A stretch of DNA of 64,000 nt, taken from contig CAYTWI010000006.1 in assembly GCA_964442045.1 (NCBI GenBank), forward strand, positions 1,971-65,970, given 5' to 3'. The translations under genes and the position numbers were made by a program. This document shows, in pieces, positions 36,580 to 47,236 of the stretch. The notes below the pieces were generated by a model that saw only the letters and a list, made by a program, of their open reading frames with translations, did not search any database and was not told the origin of the DNA. The stretch is from an uncultured Bifidobacterium sp. Its GTDB lineage: Bacteria; Bacteroidota; Bacteroidia; UKL13-3. How positions within the stretch are numbered: position 1 is the stretch's first letter; each line of letters opens with the position of its first letter.

Positions 36580-38445
36580 ATGTTAGATAAATACGATGTG
36601 ATTGTTGTGGGGGCAGGGCATGCTGGTTGTGAAGCTGCTGCTGCTGCTGCAAATATGGGAAGCAGGGTTTTACTCATAACTATGGATATGAATAAAATAG
36701 CTCAAATGAGCTGTAATCCAGCCATGGGTGGAGTTGCTAAAGGACAAATTGTTAGGGAAATAGATGCACTGGGTGGCTATTCCGGTATCGTAACAGACAA
36801 GTCAACTATTCAATTCAGGATTCTAAATAAATCAAAAGGGCCGGCTATGTTTAGTCCACGAGCTCAGAATGACAGAATGTTATTTTCACAATACTGGCGT
36901 GAAATGCTGGAGCAAACACCAAATGTTGACTTCTGGCAAGATATGGTGAAAGAAATCATTATAAAAGATGGTAAGGCTTGTGGTGTTAAAACCGGAATGG
37001 GAATGGATATTTATTCAAAATCTGTTGTTCTAACAAACGGTACTTTTTTAAATGGTATTATACATATTGGCCAAAAACAATTTGGGGGAGGCAGAATAGC
37101 TGAAAAGTCAGCAACAGGTATTACCGAACAATTGATTCAATTAGGTTTTGAAAGTGGAAGAATGAAAACCGGAACACCACCAAGGGTGGATGGAAGAACT
37201 CTTAACTATGAACTGATGGAAAAACAGGAAGGCGATGAAAATCCGGGTAAGTTTTCATACAGCAACTTAACTGTTCCGGTTGTTAACCAAAGGCCATGCT
37301 GGGTTACTTATACTAACGAAAACGTTCACGAAATATTGCGAACAGGCTTTGATGATTCACCTATGTACGCTGGTAGAATCAAAGGCTTAGGCCCCAGATA
37401 TTGCCCATCAATAGAAGATAAAATAAATCGCTTTGCGGAAAGAGACAGGCATCAGATTTTTGTGGAACCGGAAGGATGGAATACGGTAGAAATATATGTA
37501 AATGGTTTCTCTACCTCACTGCCCGAACAGGTTCAATTAAAAGCCATGAAATTAATTCCAGGTTTTGAAAATGTTAAAATGTTCAGACCTGGTTATGCCA
37601 TTGAGTACGATTTTTTCCCACCTACTCAATTGAAACTCACATTAGAAACACATCTCATAGAAAACTTATATTTTGCCGGACAAATAAATGGCACCACTGG
37701 TTATGAGGAAGCCGCTTGCCAAGGCTTAATGGCAGGTATAAATGCGCACAACAAAATAAACGAAAAATCAGATTTTATACTTAAACGCAATGAAGCATAT
37801 ATTGGCGTTCTAATTGATGATTTGGTAAATAAAGGAACCGATGAGCCTTACAGAATGTTTACTTCAAGAGCGGAATATAGAATAATGTTACGCCAGGATA
37901 ATGCTGATGTAAGATTAACTAAACTTGGTAACGAAATAGGTTTAGCAAGTGATGAACGATTAAAAAATGTGGAAGCAAAAATGACTGAAGCAAATAAAAT
38001 TATTGATTTCTTTAAGAAAACATCCATCACACCTAAAGAAGCAAATCCAATGCTTAACGAACTAAATACTGCTGAAATTCCTCAAAATTATAAATTGATT
38101 CAATTGCTAAGTCGCCCCCAAATTGATTTAGAAACCATGAATAATTCATTAGCAATTGTAAACAATTTTATGAAAGGTTTTAATCAGGAAGCTATGATAC
38201 AAGCCGAAATACTTATGAAGTATGAAGGCTACCTGGAAAAGGAACAATTGATGGTGGAAAAAATGAATAAATTGGAAAATGTTTCTATTGCGCCAAACTT
38301 TGATTTTAAAGCTGTTCACAACCTAAGCAGTGAGGCAAAAGAAAAATTAACCAAACAAAAACCTATTACTTTAGGACAGGCTGCACGCATAAGTGGTATT
38401 TCTCCTTCAGATATTTCGGTTTTAATGGTACATTTGGGCCGATAA
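36580..38445 (+). CDS. mnmG: tRNA uridine 5-carboxymethylaminomethyl modification enzyme MnmG
   Basis: 'YDVIVVGAGHAGCEAA', 'GPRYCPSIEDK' and 'FAGQINGTTGYEEAA' are diagnostic. Confidence 0.95.
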   Translation: MLDKYDVIVVGAGHAGCEAAAAAANMGSRVLLITMDMNKIAQMSCNPAMGGVAKGQIVREIDALGGYSGIVTDKSTIQFRILNKSKGPAMFSPRAQNDRMLFSQYWREMLEQTPNVDFWQDMVKEIIIKDGKACGVKTGMGMDIYSKSVVLTNGTFLNGIIHIGQKQFGGGRIAEKSATGITEQLIQLGFESGRMKTGTPPRVDGRTLNYELMEKQEGDENPGKFSYSNLTVPVVNQRPCWVTYTNENVHEILRTGFDDSPMYAGRIKGLGPRYCPSIEDKINRFAERDRHQIFVEPEGWNTVEIYVNGFSTSLPEQVQLKAMKLIPGFENVKMFRPGYAIEYDFFPPTQLKLTLETHLIENLYFAGQINGTTGYEEAACQGLMAGINAHNKINEKSDFILKRNEAYIGVLIDDLVNKGTDEPYRMFTSRAEYRIMLRQDNADVRLTKLGNEIGLASDERLKNVEAKMTEANKIIDFFKKTSITPKEANPMLNELNTAEIPQNYKLIQLLSRPQIDLETMNNSLAIVNNFMKGFNQEAMIQAEILMKYEGYLEKEQLMVEKMNKLENVSIAPNFDFKAVHNLSSEAKEKLTKQKPITLGQAARISGISPSDISVLMVHLGR

Positions 38446-38449
38446 ATTT

Positions 38450-39340
38450 ATGGAAAATATTACAACCTGTTTAATTTGTGGCCACAAGAGCTTTACCAAT
38501 CTTCATACATGTAAAGACTTTGTAGCTACCGGCCAAAATTTTACCATACAAAAGTGCAACAATTGCACCTTTGTATTTACCAATCCCAGACCCTCAGCTG
38601 ATGAAATAGCTCCCTATTATCAATCAGATAAATATGTTTCACATGCTGGCAAAAAAGAAGGTTTAGGTTTAATGTATAAAATATACGATGTGGTTAGAAA
38701 CTTCAGTATACAATCAAAATTAAACCTGATTAAATCATTTAATTCAAGCGGTAAATTAATGGATTTAGGATGTGGCTTAGGCTATTTTTTACATGGCGTT
38801 GTACAGGATAAAACTTTTGATGCAGTTGGTGTTGATGTAAGTGATGAGGCAATCAGTTATGTAAAAGAAAAGTTTGGTTATAATGTAATCAACGAAAATA
38901 AATTAGATACATTTCCAAAAGAATCTTTCGATGTAATTACACAGTGGCATGTGCTGGAACATGTTCATTTTTTAAACGAAAGAATGGTTCAGTTACATAA
39001 CTTACTTAAACAAAACGGAACCCTTTTTATAGCAGTTCCCAATTCCGGAAGTTGGGATAGTAAACACTACAAAGAATATTGGGATGGTTTTGATGTCCCT
39101 CGTCATTTATACCACTTTAACACAAAAAGCTTTAACCTGTTAATGCAAAAACATGGGTTTAAAATAGTAGCAAAAAAGCCACTTTGGTTTGATGCTCCTT
39201 ACATTTCTATGAGAAGTGAAATTCACAAAGGTAACAATATGTCAATGCTAAGAGGTTCAATTAGTGGTTTAATTTCTAATACACGAGCTATTTTTAATAA
39301 AGAATACTCAAGTATACTTTTTGTGGTAAAAAAGGTTTAA
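38450..39340 (+). CDS. Class I SAM-dependent methyltransferase with an N-terminal Cys4 motif
   Basis: Motif I 'LMDLGCGLGYF' is present. The N-terminus has 'CLICGH...(n)...CNNC'. Confidence 0.75.
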   Translation: MENITTCLICGHKSFTNLHTCKDFVATGQNFTIQKCNNCTFVFTNPRPSADEIAPYYQSDKYVSHAGKKEGLGLMYKIYDVVRNFSIQSKLNLIKSFNSSGKLMDLGCGLGYFLHGVVQDKTFDAVGVDVSDEAISYVKEKFGYNVINENKLDTFPKESFDVITQWHVLEHVHFLNERMVQLHNLLKQNGTLFIAVPNSGSWDSKHYKEYWDGFDVPRHLYHFNTKSFNLLMQKHGFKIVAKKPLWFDAPYISMRSEIHKGNNMSMLRGSISGLISNTRAIFNKEYSSILFVVKKV

Positions 39341-39396
39341 AACTAATTTAAAACCCAAAATACTGTTTTTAAAGAAAAGCTTCAACCAAACTTTAC

Positions 39397-41001
39397 ATGA
39401 AATTATATTTAAAGATTACTCCTATTTTATTACTTTTTATTTTTTCCTGCGCACAAATAGTAGCGCCAACAGGCGGGCCTAAAGACGAAACAGGACCTAA
39501 AGTTTTAACTATGGAGCCTAAAAATAAAACGGTTAACTTTCCTATCAATCAACAAAATATTAAAATAAAGTTTGATGAATTTATACAGCTAAAAGAGCCT
39601 GCACGTCAAATTGTAATGAGCCCGCCACCTGATAAAACCCCCTCATACGAAATATCAGGTAAAGAAGTAAATATTAAATTTAAAGAACCACTAAAGCCTA
39701 ATACAACTTACACAATTAATTTTGGAAATGCCGTAACCGATAACCATGAAAGCAGTATATCACAAAATTTAATTTATACATTTTCTACCGGCAACTTCAT
39801 TGACAGTAATTTTATAAGTGGTACAGTTAAAAACGCTTTTACAAATGCTTCACAGAATGGTGCAATTGTGGCATTATACCCCGTTAAAACTTTCACTGAT
39901 ACAACAATTTATAAAATTAATCCGGTATACTTTACCAAAACAAAAGAAGACGGTAGCTTTAAAATTGAAAATATGCCCGCTGATGAGTATAAAATTTATG
40001 CTTACAAAAAAGAAGGAACTGACATAAAGTATGCTTTAAACGATAGTGTCGCAATAGCTAATTCAACAATAATATCAAGCACTAAACCAGTTACAACCGA
40101 TCTTTATTTATTCAAACCCAATTTATATAAAATAAATAAACTACTCGATACCATTTCAAACACAAAAGGAATATATAATTTTGTTGTATATAAACCAACC
40201 AATTTTAATATAACAAGTTCATTATCAAAGTATTTATACAAAAAAGTAATCAGTGGCAGTTCTAATATAGATACCATTAAAGTATTTACTAATCAATTAG
40301 ATAGTGCTGAATTTACTATAAATAATCCTGATACTAGTTATACCGTAAAACTAAAGAATAAATCAAAATCGCCAATACCTGAATTTACTCTTTCAACCAA
40401 AGCAGAGTTAACTCCAAGTGATACATTCAAAATAAAACTAAGTAATCCTTATCAGAAAATAAAAATAGATAGTATTGAATTTAAAGAAGATACAATCAAA
40501 ATAAAACCCCTATGGCTTAATATCGATGATCCTGATAAAATGGAATTAAAGCTATTTCATAACTGGAAGGAAGGAACTAATTATACCATTAAAATAAAAG
40601 ATTCAGCTATTGTAGATGTTTATGGGAACTTCAATAAAAACAACCAATCAACAGTAGTAATGAAACAAAATAAGGAATATGGAAATCTTATCCTAAATGT
40701 TAGTTTCACTCCAAACAATAAAAATTATATACTTCAACTTATCAATAAAAATAGCAATGAAGTACTAAAAGAGTTTAAAATCACCAATTCAACACAGCTG
40801 AAACTTGATTATTTAAACCCAGTAGAATTGAAGGTTAAAATAATTGAAGACATAAATAATAACGGTATTTGGGACAATGGCGACATATCGAAAAATCTAC
40901 TACCTGAAAGAGTATTTAACTACAATCAAGTATTTAACATCAGGGCCTATTGGGATTTGGAACAAAACATTAACATTAACGATATAATTAATCAACAATA
41001 A
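39397..41001 (+). CDS. Ig-like (SbsA/Big_5-type) domain lipoprotein
   Basis: It has a lipobox (FIFSC). 'VAPTGGPKDETGPKVL' is followed by beta-rich domains. The composition is very Asn/Lys/Ile-rich. Confidence 0.55.
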   Translation: MKLYLKITPILLLFIFSCAQIVAPTGGPKDETGPKVLTMEPKNKTVNFPINQQNIKIKFDEFIQLKEPARQIVMSPPPDKTPSYEISGKEVNIKFKEPLKPNTTYTINFGNAVTDNHESSISQNLIYTFSTGNFIDSNFISGTVKNAFTNASQNGAIVALYPVKTFTDTTIYKINPVYFTKTKEDGSFKIENMPADEYKIYAYKKEGTDIKYALNDSVAIANSTIISSTKPVTTDLYLFKPNLYKINKLLDTISNTKGIYNFVVYKPTNFNITSSLSKYLYKKVISGSSNIDTIKVFTNQLDSAEFTINNPDTSYTVKLKNKSKSPIPEFTLSTKAELTPSDTFKIKLSNPYQKIKIDSIEFKEDTIKIKPLWLNIDDPDKMELKLFHNWKEGTNYTIKIKDSAIVDVYGNFNKNNQSTVVMKQNKEYGNLILNVSFTPNNKNYILQLINKNSNEVLKEFKITNSTQLKLDYLNPVELKVKIIEDINNNGIWDNGDISKNLLPERVFNYNQVFNIRAYWDLEQNININDIINQQ

Positions 41002-41373
41002 CGTAATATTTACCCTCAAAAATGTTAATTAACGTAGATAGCTTTTTAAAAAAAGTGTTCATAAGTAATAAGTACCTAATTATACAGTTTACGCCCACAG
41101 AAAACTAACATTTTAAGTGCGACATTTTATAAACACATTTATGTGTATGTCGCATTTAACATACTGTTAATAAAACCATAAACTACTAGTTTACAAATAC
41201 TCCTACAAAACAAACTTGTTGAAAGTATTTTATAAATTAGAAAACAAGTTTTTGAAATAAATTTATCCTAACAATTCACAGCTATTATTATTAATACAAT
41301 TTTATATATACATATTTAATTATTTATAGACTGTGGGGAGTAAGCCTATGCTAAATTTTATAATTTGAAATTG

Positions 41374-41381
41374 TATGTTTG
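41374..41381 (+). promoter_or_regulatory. Bacteroidota-type -7 box (TAnnTTTG) upstream of pheS
   Basis: TATGTTTG lies 21 nt upstream of the ATG at 41403. It overlaps the alternative TTG start of the ORF track. Confidence 0.35.
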
Positions 41382-41402
41382 TTCCCGTTAAAAAAAGCTG
41401 CA

Positions 41403-42419
41403 ATGAGAGAAAGGTTAGAAGATCTTCAACAAAAACTACATGAGATAAAAATAAATTCGAGCGAAGATTTAGAAAAATTTCGTTTAAAATATTTGTCGAG
41501 AAAAGGCATTTTAAGCGAATTATTCGAAGAATTTAAGCAAGTTCCTAATGAAATGAAGCGCGATTTAGGAAAGTTAATGAATGTTGTTAAAAACAGTGCA
41601 GAAGAAAAACTAAAAGAAGCAACCGATAAATTCACTTCAAAAAAATCTGGCTCCAAAGAAAGCAATACCGATTATACTTTACCGGCTGAGCAGTTGGTTT
41701 TAGGGTCAAGGCATCCGTTAAACATAGTAGAAAATCAAATTGTCGCAATTTTTACCAAGCTAGGATTTACAATAGCTGAAGGACCTGAAATTGAAGATGA
41801 CTGGCATAATTTCAGCGCATTAAATTTTCCAATGAACCATCCGGCCAGGGATATGCAGGATACCTTTTTTATTGATAATGAAATAGCATTGCGTACACAT
41901 ACTTCATCTGTTCAGGTAAGACTAATGCAGGAAAAAAATCCGCCCTTGCGGGCGATTATGCCTGGGAGAGTATACAGGAACGAAGCCATATCGGCACGGG
42001 CCAATTGCTTTTTCCACCAGATAGAAGGTATTTATATAGATAAAAAAGTAAGCTTTACCGATTTAAAGCAAACCCTTTATGCATTCGTGAAAGATATGTT
42101 TGGTGAAGATGTAGAAGTACGTTTCAGACCAAGCTATTTTCCTTTTACTGAGCCAAGCGCTGAAATGGACATCAGCTGCCAGATTTGTAAAGGGAAAGGC
42201 TGTAACATTTGTAAATACAGCGGCTGGGTGGAAATATTAGGCTGCGGCATGATAGACCCTAATGTTTTAGCTAATTGCGGCATAGACCCTGAAGAATATA
42301 CAGGCTTTGCTTTTGGAATGGGGATAGAGAGAATAACCATGCTGAAATTTGATATCAAAGATCTGAGGACGTTTTTTATTAATGACGTCCGTTTCCTGAA
42401 ACAATTTACCGATGTGTAA
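41403..42419 (+). CDS. pheS: Phenylalanine--tRNA ligase alpha subunit
   Basis: It has the class II motifs 'HPARDMQDTFF', 'LRTHTSSVQ', 'GRVYRNE' and 'FGMGIERI'. Confidence 0.9.
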   Translation: MRERLEDLQQKLHEIKINSSEDLEKFRLKYLSRKGILSELFEEFKQVPNEMKRDLGKLMNVVKNSAEEKLKEATDKFTSKKSGSKESNTDYTLPAEQLVLGSRHPLNIVENQIVAIFTKLGFTIAEGPEIEDDWHNFSALNFPMNHPARDMQDTFFIDNEIALRTHTSSVQVRLMQEKNPPLRAIMPGRVYRNEAISARANCFFHQIEGIYIDKKVSFTDLKQTLYAFVKDMFGEDVEVRFRPSYFPFTEPSAEMDISCQICKGKGCNICKYSGWVEILGCGMIDPNVLANCGIDPEEYTGFAFGMGIERITMLKFDIKDLRTFFINDVRFLKQFTDV

Positions 42420-42497
42420 AAATAAAAAACCATAAAAAAGGATTTGTTTAGATAAAATAATGTTAATTCACATAAACATAAGTGAGGATTTTATTTT

Positions 42498-43217
42498 ATG
42501 AAACAAACCTTTTATGATGCTGAAATTGTTAAAATTATTGACGAAACAAACACTACCAAACGTTTCTTTTTTAAAGTTAATCATTTACCTCAGTTTGAAT
42601 TTAAAGCAGGCCAGTTTGTAATGATTGACTTGCCTATTGATTCCAAAATAACCTACCGAAGCTACAGTATTGCTTCAGCTCCAACTACAACCAATGAATT
42701 TGAGTTATTAATAGTATTAAATCCACCTGGAAAAGGAACCCCTTATTTATGGGAAAATATAGTAGTAGGTTCAATAGTAAAAGTGGCGGGTCCTATTGGT
42801 AAATTTACCTTACCTGATGAAATAGACAGGGAAATATGTTTTTTATGCACCGGAACAGGCATTGCCCCGTTAAGAAGCATGCTACATGATATAGCTAATA
42901 AAAATAAACTTCATTACCCTGTGAAAATAATATTTGGAAGCAGGAAAAAAGAAGATTTGCTGTATTATGATGAAATGACGCAATTGGCTAAACAATACAA
43001 TCAATTTGAGTTTATACCGGTTTTAAGCAGGGAAACAGCTGATACCTGGCCAGGTAAAACAGGTTATGTACATGAGGTTTATGAGAACATATATGCCGAT
43101 AAAAGACCTTGCTATTTTTATATATGCGGTTGGAGTGCAATGATTAAAGAAGCACGTGAAAGATTGGTTAACCTTGGTTACACCAAGAATGATATAAAAT
43201 TTGAACTGTACGATTAA
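42498..43217 (+). CDS. Ferredoxin-NADP reductase-like FAD/NAD(P)-binding oxidoreductase
   Basis: 'RSYSIAS' is the FAD motif. 'FLCTGTGIAPLRS' is the NAD(P) motif. Confidence 0.8.
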   Translation: MKQTFYDAEIVKIIDETNTTKRFFFKVNHLPQFEFKAGQFVMIDLPIDSKITYRSYSIASAPTTTNEFELLIVLNPPGKGTPYLWENIVVGSIVKVAGPIGKFTLPDEIDREICFLCTGTGIAPLRSMLHDIANKNKLHYPVKIIFGSRKKEDLLYYDEMTQLAKQYNQFEFIPVLSRETADTWPGKTGYVHEVYENIYADKRPCYFYICGWSAMIKEARERLVNLGYTKNDIKFELYD

Positions 43218-43274
43218 TACGACTAATTACAAACACTGTTATTTTTATTAAGTAGTTAATGAACTTGTATAAAA

Positions 43275-43282
43275 TATATTTG
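43275..43282 (+). promoter_or_regulatory. Bacteroidota-type -7 box (TAnnTTTG) upstream of pepA
   Basis: TATATTTG lies 17 nt upstream of the ATG at 43300. Confidence 0.35.
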
Positions 43283-43299
43283 CCCAAAATATATTTACA

Positions 43300-44739
43300 A
43301 TGAGCATTAAAATTAACTTGGTAAACAAAGCCAATACCGCCAATTCTACTTTAATAGTAACCAATAAAAAAGCAAAATGGAATGCTTTAGGTTTTAACAA
43401 ACAGGAAAGCGACTACATCAATAAAAAAATAAAAGCTGCCGATACTTTTATTACAATTAATCAATTTGACAAGTTGGTTTTTATACAGCTAAGCGAAGAA
43501 TTTGAAAAGAAAAACAAATTTGCTGCTTTAGAAGCATACAGGGCATTAGGCAATAAAGTTTGTGCCGCTGTTAACGCTCATAAATACAATACCATTCAAA
43601 TAGCAGACACCGGCATTGCTGAAGAAACCGCATTAGCCATAGCAGAAGGAATAGCTTTAAGTAATTACCAGTTTATTAAATATTTAAGCGATAAAAAAGA
43701 AAATACCCTTCAAACGATATCCATAGTTAGTACCAAATTCAGTAAACAGGCTGTTGAACAAATAAACATTTTAGTAGAATCTGTTTACCAGGCACGTAAT
43801 TTAGTGAATGAGCCACAAAACATTATCAATGCTATTACACTGAGCAATGAATTTAAAAAAATGGGAAAAGCGGCCAATTTTAAAGTAGAAGTACTTAATA
43901 AAAAACAAATTGAAAGCTTAAAAATGGGAGGTTTATTAGCGGTAAATATGGGTAGTCAAATACCACCCACTTTTACCATTATGGAATATAAGCCTGCAAA
44001 ACCAAAAAATAAAAAACCCTTGATTTTAGTAGGAAAGGGAGTGGTGTACGATACTGGTGGGTTAAGCTTAAAACCAACTACCAATAGTATGGATACCATG
44101 AAATGTGATATGGCCGGTTCTGCGGCTGTAGCTTGTGCTATTTATGCCATTGCCAAAGCCAAATTAAATTACCATGTGATAGCATTAGTTCCGGCTACCG
44201 ACAACCGCCCGGGTGAAAATGCCTATACACCCGGAGATGTTATTACCATGTTTGATGGTAAAACAGTGGAAGTTTTAAATACAGATGCCGAAGGAAGATT
44301 AATATTGGCTGATGCTTTATCGTATGCAAAAAAATATTCTCCGGAATTAGTATTAGATTTTGCTACACTAACAGGAGCTGCCGCTGCTGCCATAGGACAA
44401 TACGGAATAGTTTGTATGGGAACAGCGGATGAAAAAGAAAAAAATGATTTGAAAGAAAGTGGTAATTATACACACGAGCGTTTAGTAGAATTTCCTTTCT
44501 GGGATGATTATGGAAAACTGATTAAATCAGATATAGCCGATATGAAAAATATTGGCGGCCCGGTTGGTGGAGCCATTACCGCAGGAAAATTCCTAGAAAA
44601 ATTTATTGATTATCCATGGATGCACTTTGATATAGCCGGCCCGGCTTTTATTTCCGGAAACGACAGCTATAGAAGTAAAATGGCTACTGGCGTGGGAGTA
44701 AGGTTTATTTTTGATTTTGTAAAAAACAGGGCAAAATAA
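43300..44739 (+). CDS. pepA: Leucyl aminopeptidase (M17)
   Basis: 'GKGVVYDTGGLSLKP', 'MKCDMAGSAAV' and 'NTDAEGRLILADAL' are typical of M17. Confidence 0.85.
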   Translation: MSIKINLVNKANTANSTLIVTNKKAKWNALGFNKQESDYINKKIKAADTFITINQFDKLVFIQLSEEFEKKNKFAALEAYRALGNKVCAAVNAHKYNTIQIADTGIAEETALAIAEGIALSNYQFIKYLSDKKENTLQTISIVSTKFSKQAVEQINILVESVYQARNLVNEPQNIINAITLSNEFKKMGKAANFKVEVLNKKQIESLKMGGLLAVNMGSQIPPTFTIMEYKPAKPKNKKPLILVGKGVVYDTGGLSLKPTTNSMDTMKCDMAGSAAVACAIYAIAKAKLNYHVIALVPATDNRPGENAYTPGDVITMFDGKTVEVLNTDAEGRLILADALSYAKKYSPELVLDFATLTGAAAAAIGQYGIVCMGTADEKEKNDLKESGNYTHERLVEFPFWDDYGKLIKSDIADMKNIGGPVGGAITAGKFLEKFIDYPWMHFDIAGPAFISGNDSYRSKMATGVGVRFIFDFVKNRAK

Positions 44740-44813
44740 AAACCAACCTTCATTTGGGTAAAACAGGGTTTAAATTGTGTAAACAAAAATATGGCTAAAC
44801 CAATTGGCTTAAT

Positions 44814-44821
44814 TACCTTTG
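44814..44821 (+). promoter_or_regulatory. Bacteroidota-type -7 box (TAnnTTTG) upstream of the transketolase N-terminal subunit gene
   Basis: TACCTTTG lies 34 nt upstream of the ATG at 44856. Confidence 0.35.
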
Positions 44822-44855
44822 TGAGCATTAATTAACATAAAAACAAAAATTTTCA

Positions 44856-45701
44856 ATGGCTACAATTGAGCAACTTCAAGCAATTTCAAGTCAAATGCGT
44901 AGAGATATTTTACGTATGGTACATGCAGTAAAATCAGGTCATCCGGGTGGATCATTAGGATGTGCGGATTTTTTCTCAGCTATGTATTTTCATATAATGG
45001 AACACAATCCTGCGTTTAACATGAATGGCATAAATGAAGATGTATTCTTTTTATCAAACGGACATATTTCACCAGTATTTTACAGTGCATTAGCCCGTTC
45101 AGGTTATTTCGAAGTGAGCGAACTAAGCACTTTCCGTAAAATAGACAGCAGGTTACAAGGCCACCCGGCTACTGCAGAACATTTACCAGGCATTCGTATT
45201 GCCAGTGGTTCGTTAGGGCAAGGTGTTTCGGTAGCAGCAGGAGCAGCATTAACAAAAAAACTGAATAACGATAAGCATTTGGTTTACGTTTTAATGGGCG
45301 ATGGAGAAATACAGGAAGGTCAGAACTGGGAGGCTTTTATGTTTGCAGCGCACCAGAAAATTGATAATTTAATAGTTACCATTGATTTTAACGGACAACA
45401 AATAGACGGCAGCACCCAAAAGGTAATGGGTATTGGAGCTGATATTGAAAATAAAATGATTGCATTTGGCTGGAAAGTATTGCATATGGATGGTCATAAC
45501 TTTGAAAGCATACTTTCGGTAATGGAAGAGGCAAAAGCATTGACAGGTAAAGGTCAGCCTATTTTTATAATGATGAAAACAGAAATGGGATACCCGGTTG
45601 ATTTTATGATGGGTAGCCATAAATGGCATGGTGTATCGCCAAATGATGAAGAATTAGCGAAAGCATTACAACAATTGCCAGAAACACTTGGCGATTACTA
45701 A
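44856..45701 (+). CDS. Transketolase, N-terminal (TPP-binding) subunit
   Basis: 'SGHPGGSLGCADF', 'GHISPVFYS', 'GSLGQGVSVAAG' and 'MGDGEIQEGQNWEA' are typical. The length is 281 aa. Confidence 0.9.
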   Translation: MATIEQLQAISSQMRRDILRMVHAVKSGHPGGSLGCADFFSAMYFHIMEHNPAFNMNGINEDVFFLSNGHISPVFYSALARSGYFEVSELSTFRKIDSRLQGHPATAEHLPGIRIASGSLGQGVSVAAGAALTKKLNNDKHLVYVLMGDGEIQEGQNWEAFMFAAHQKIDNLIVTIDFNGQQIDGSTQKVMGIGADIENKMIAFGWKVLHMDGHNFESILSVMEEAKALTGKGQPIFIMMKTEMGYPVDFMMGSHKWHGVSPNDEELAKALQQLPETLGDY

Positions 45702-45715
45702 TTAATCAATATAAA

Positions 45716-47131
45716 TTGAGTTTACACGTAAAAGGATATAAACAAACAAAGGGTTTGCGTAAGTATATACTTGTTTGTTTAGTATTAGCAGGCAGTTTGT
45801 TCAACGCACTTTTGGGGCAACAGGTAATGCGCCCTACAAAAACACGTATTCTGTTTTTGCTCGATGCCAGCGGAAGTATGTATGCGCGTATGGAAAAAGA
45901 TTCCAGAATAAATGTAGCCAAACGTTTGCTTTCTAACATTGTTGATAGCCTTGAAAAAGCCAAAAATGTAGAATTAGCTTTGCGTGTTTACGGCCATACA
46001 TCACCCCCCAATAAAAGAGATTGTAAGGATACCCGTTTAGAAGTTCCATTCAGGAAAGACAACCACTCTGAACTAAAAAAACGGGTACAGTCAATTTCAC
46101 CCAAAGGAACAACCCTGATTGCTTACTCACTGCAACAAGCCGCTTACGATTTTCCAAAAGAACCCAACACACGAAATGTTATTATTTTAATTACCGATGG
46201 CATAGAAGAATGTCAGGGAGATCCATGTGCTGTTTCAGAAGCCTTGCAAAGCCAGGGTGTTATTTTAAAACCGTTTATTATTGGACTAGGTAGCTCGGCC
46301 GATTTTCAAAAGGCCTTTGAATGTGTGGGCAGATACTATGATGCAAACACCGAAGACCAGTTTAACAATGTATTGAATATAGTTGTTTCACAGGCCTTGA
46401 ATAACACCACAGCACAGGTTAATTTACTGGATATATACAGCAGGGCAACAGAAACAAACGTAAACATGAGCTTTTACGATATGGATAACGGCCAGTTATT
46501 GTATAACTACATGCATACCATTAACGAAAGAGGTAATCCGGATACAGTGCAGTTAGATCCATTGTATAAATACAAACTGGTAGTGCATACCATTCCGCAG
46601 GTAGTTAAAGAAAACATTATAGTAAGTGCAGGTAAACATACCATCATTGGCTTAGATGCTCCTCAGGGGGAACTTTTGGTGAAAATTGATGGTGTTACCA
46701 ATTATGAAGCCTTAAAGTTTATTGTTAAACAGGCAAAGGATAATAAAATTTTGCATGTACAAAATGCCAATGTAAAAGAAAAATACATTGTAGGTAAATA
46801 TGATTTAGAAGTGTTGACTTTGCCCCGCATGCATTTTAAAGATGTGGCTATAGACCAGAGTATGGTAACAACCATACAAATACCACAACCGGGCAAACTA
46901 AATATAACCAACCAAATGCAGGCCTACTATATGGATATATACCAAATGATAAGAGGAGAACTTGTTTGGATTCATAAATTACCTATAGACGTTCAAAGGC
47001 ATAATATTACTTTACAGCCGGGCGACTACAAATTAATTTACCGGGCAAAAGGTGCCACCAGGAGTAATAATACCTTTGCAAGAGATTTTAAAATAATTTC
47101 CGGGCAGGCCAATAATATTACAATAAACTAA
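45716..47131 (+). CDS. Secreted von Willebrand factor type A (VWA) domain protein
   Basis: The MIDAS motif is 'LLDASGSM' with 'ILITDG'. It has a signal peptide 'RKYILVCLVLAGSLFNALLGQQ'. Only TTG starts are available (45716 or 45755), 14-53 nt after the transketolase-N stop. Confidence 0.8.
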   Translation: MSLHVKGYKQTKGLRKYILVCLVLAGSLFNALLGQQVMRPTKTRILFLLDASGSMYARMEKDSRINVAKRLLSNIVDSLEKAKNVELALRVYGHTSPPNKRDCKDTRLEVPFRKDNHSELKKRVQSISPKGTTLIAYSLQQAAYDFPKEPNTRNVIILITDGIEECQGDPCAVSEALQSQGVILKPFIIGLGSSADFQKAFECVGRYYDANTEDQFNNVLNIVVSQALNNTTAQVNLLDIYSRATETNVNMSFYDMDNGQLLYNYMHTINERGNPDTVQLDPLYKYKLVVHTIPQVVKENIIVSAGKHTIIGLDAPQGELLVKIDGVTNYEALKFIVKQAKDNKILHVQNANVKEKYIVGKYDLEVLTLPRMHFKDVAIDQSMVTTIQIPQPGKLNITNQMQAYYMDIYQMIRGELVWIHKLPIDVQRHNITLQPGDYKLIYRAKGATRSNNTFARDFKIISGQANNITIN

Positions 47132-47236
47132 AATACAGCTAAATAAATACGGTTTTTTATTGTTTCTTTGTAAAGTGTATAAAACTGGCACAGTTTTTAT
47201 AAGCCTTTCCCATACATAATTAAATTAAAAACAGAA

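Noticed and set aside
45706-45963. An 85-aa minus-strand ORF spans the tktN/VWA junction.
   Set aside because: It is antisense to the VWA gene's signal-peptide and MIDAS region. It has no features of its own.
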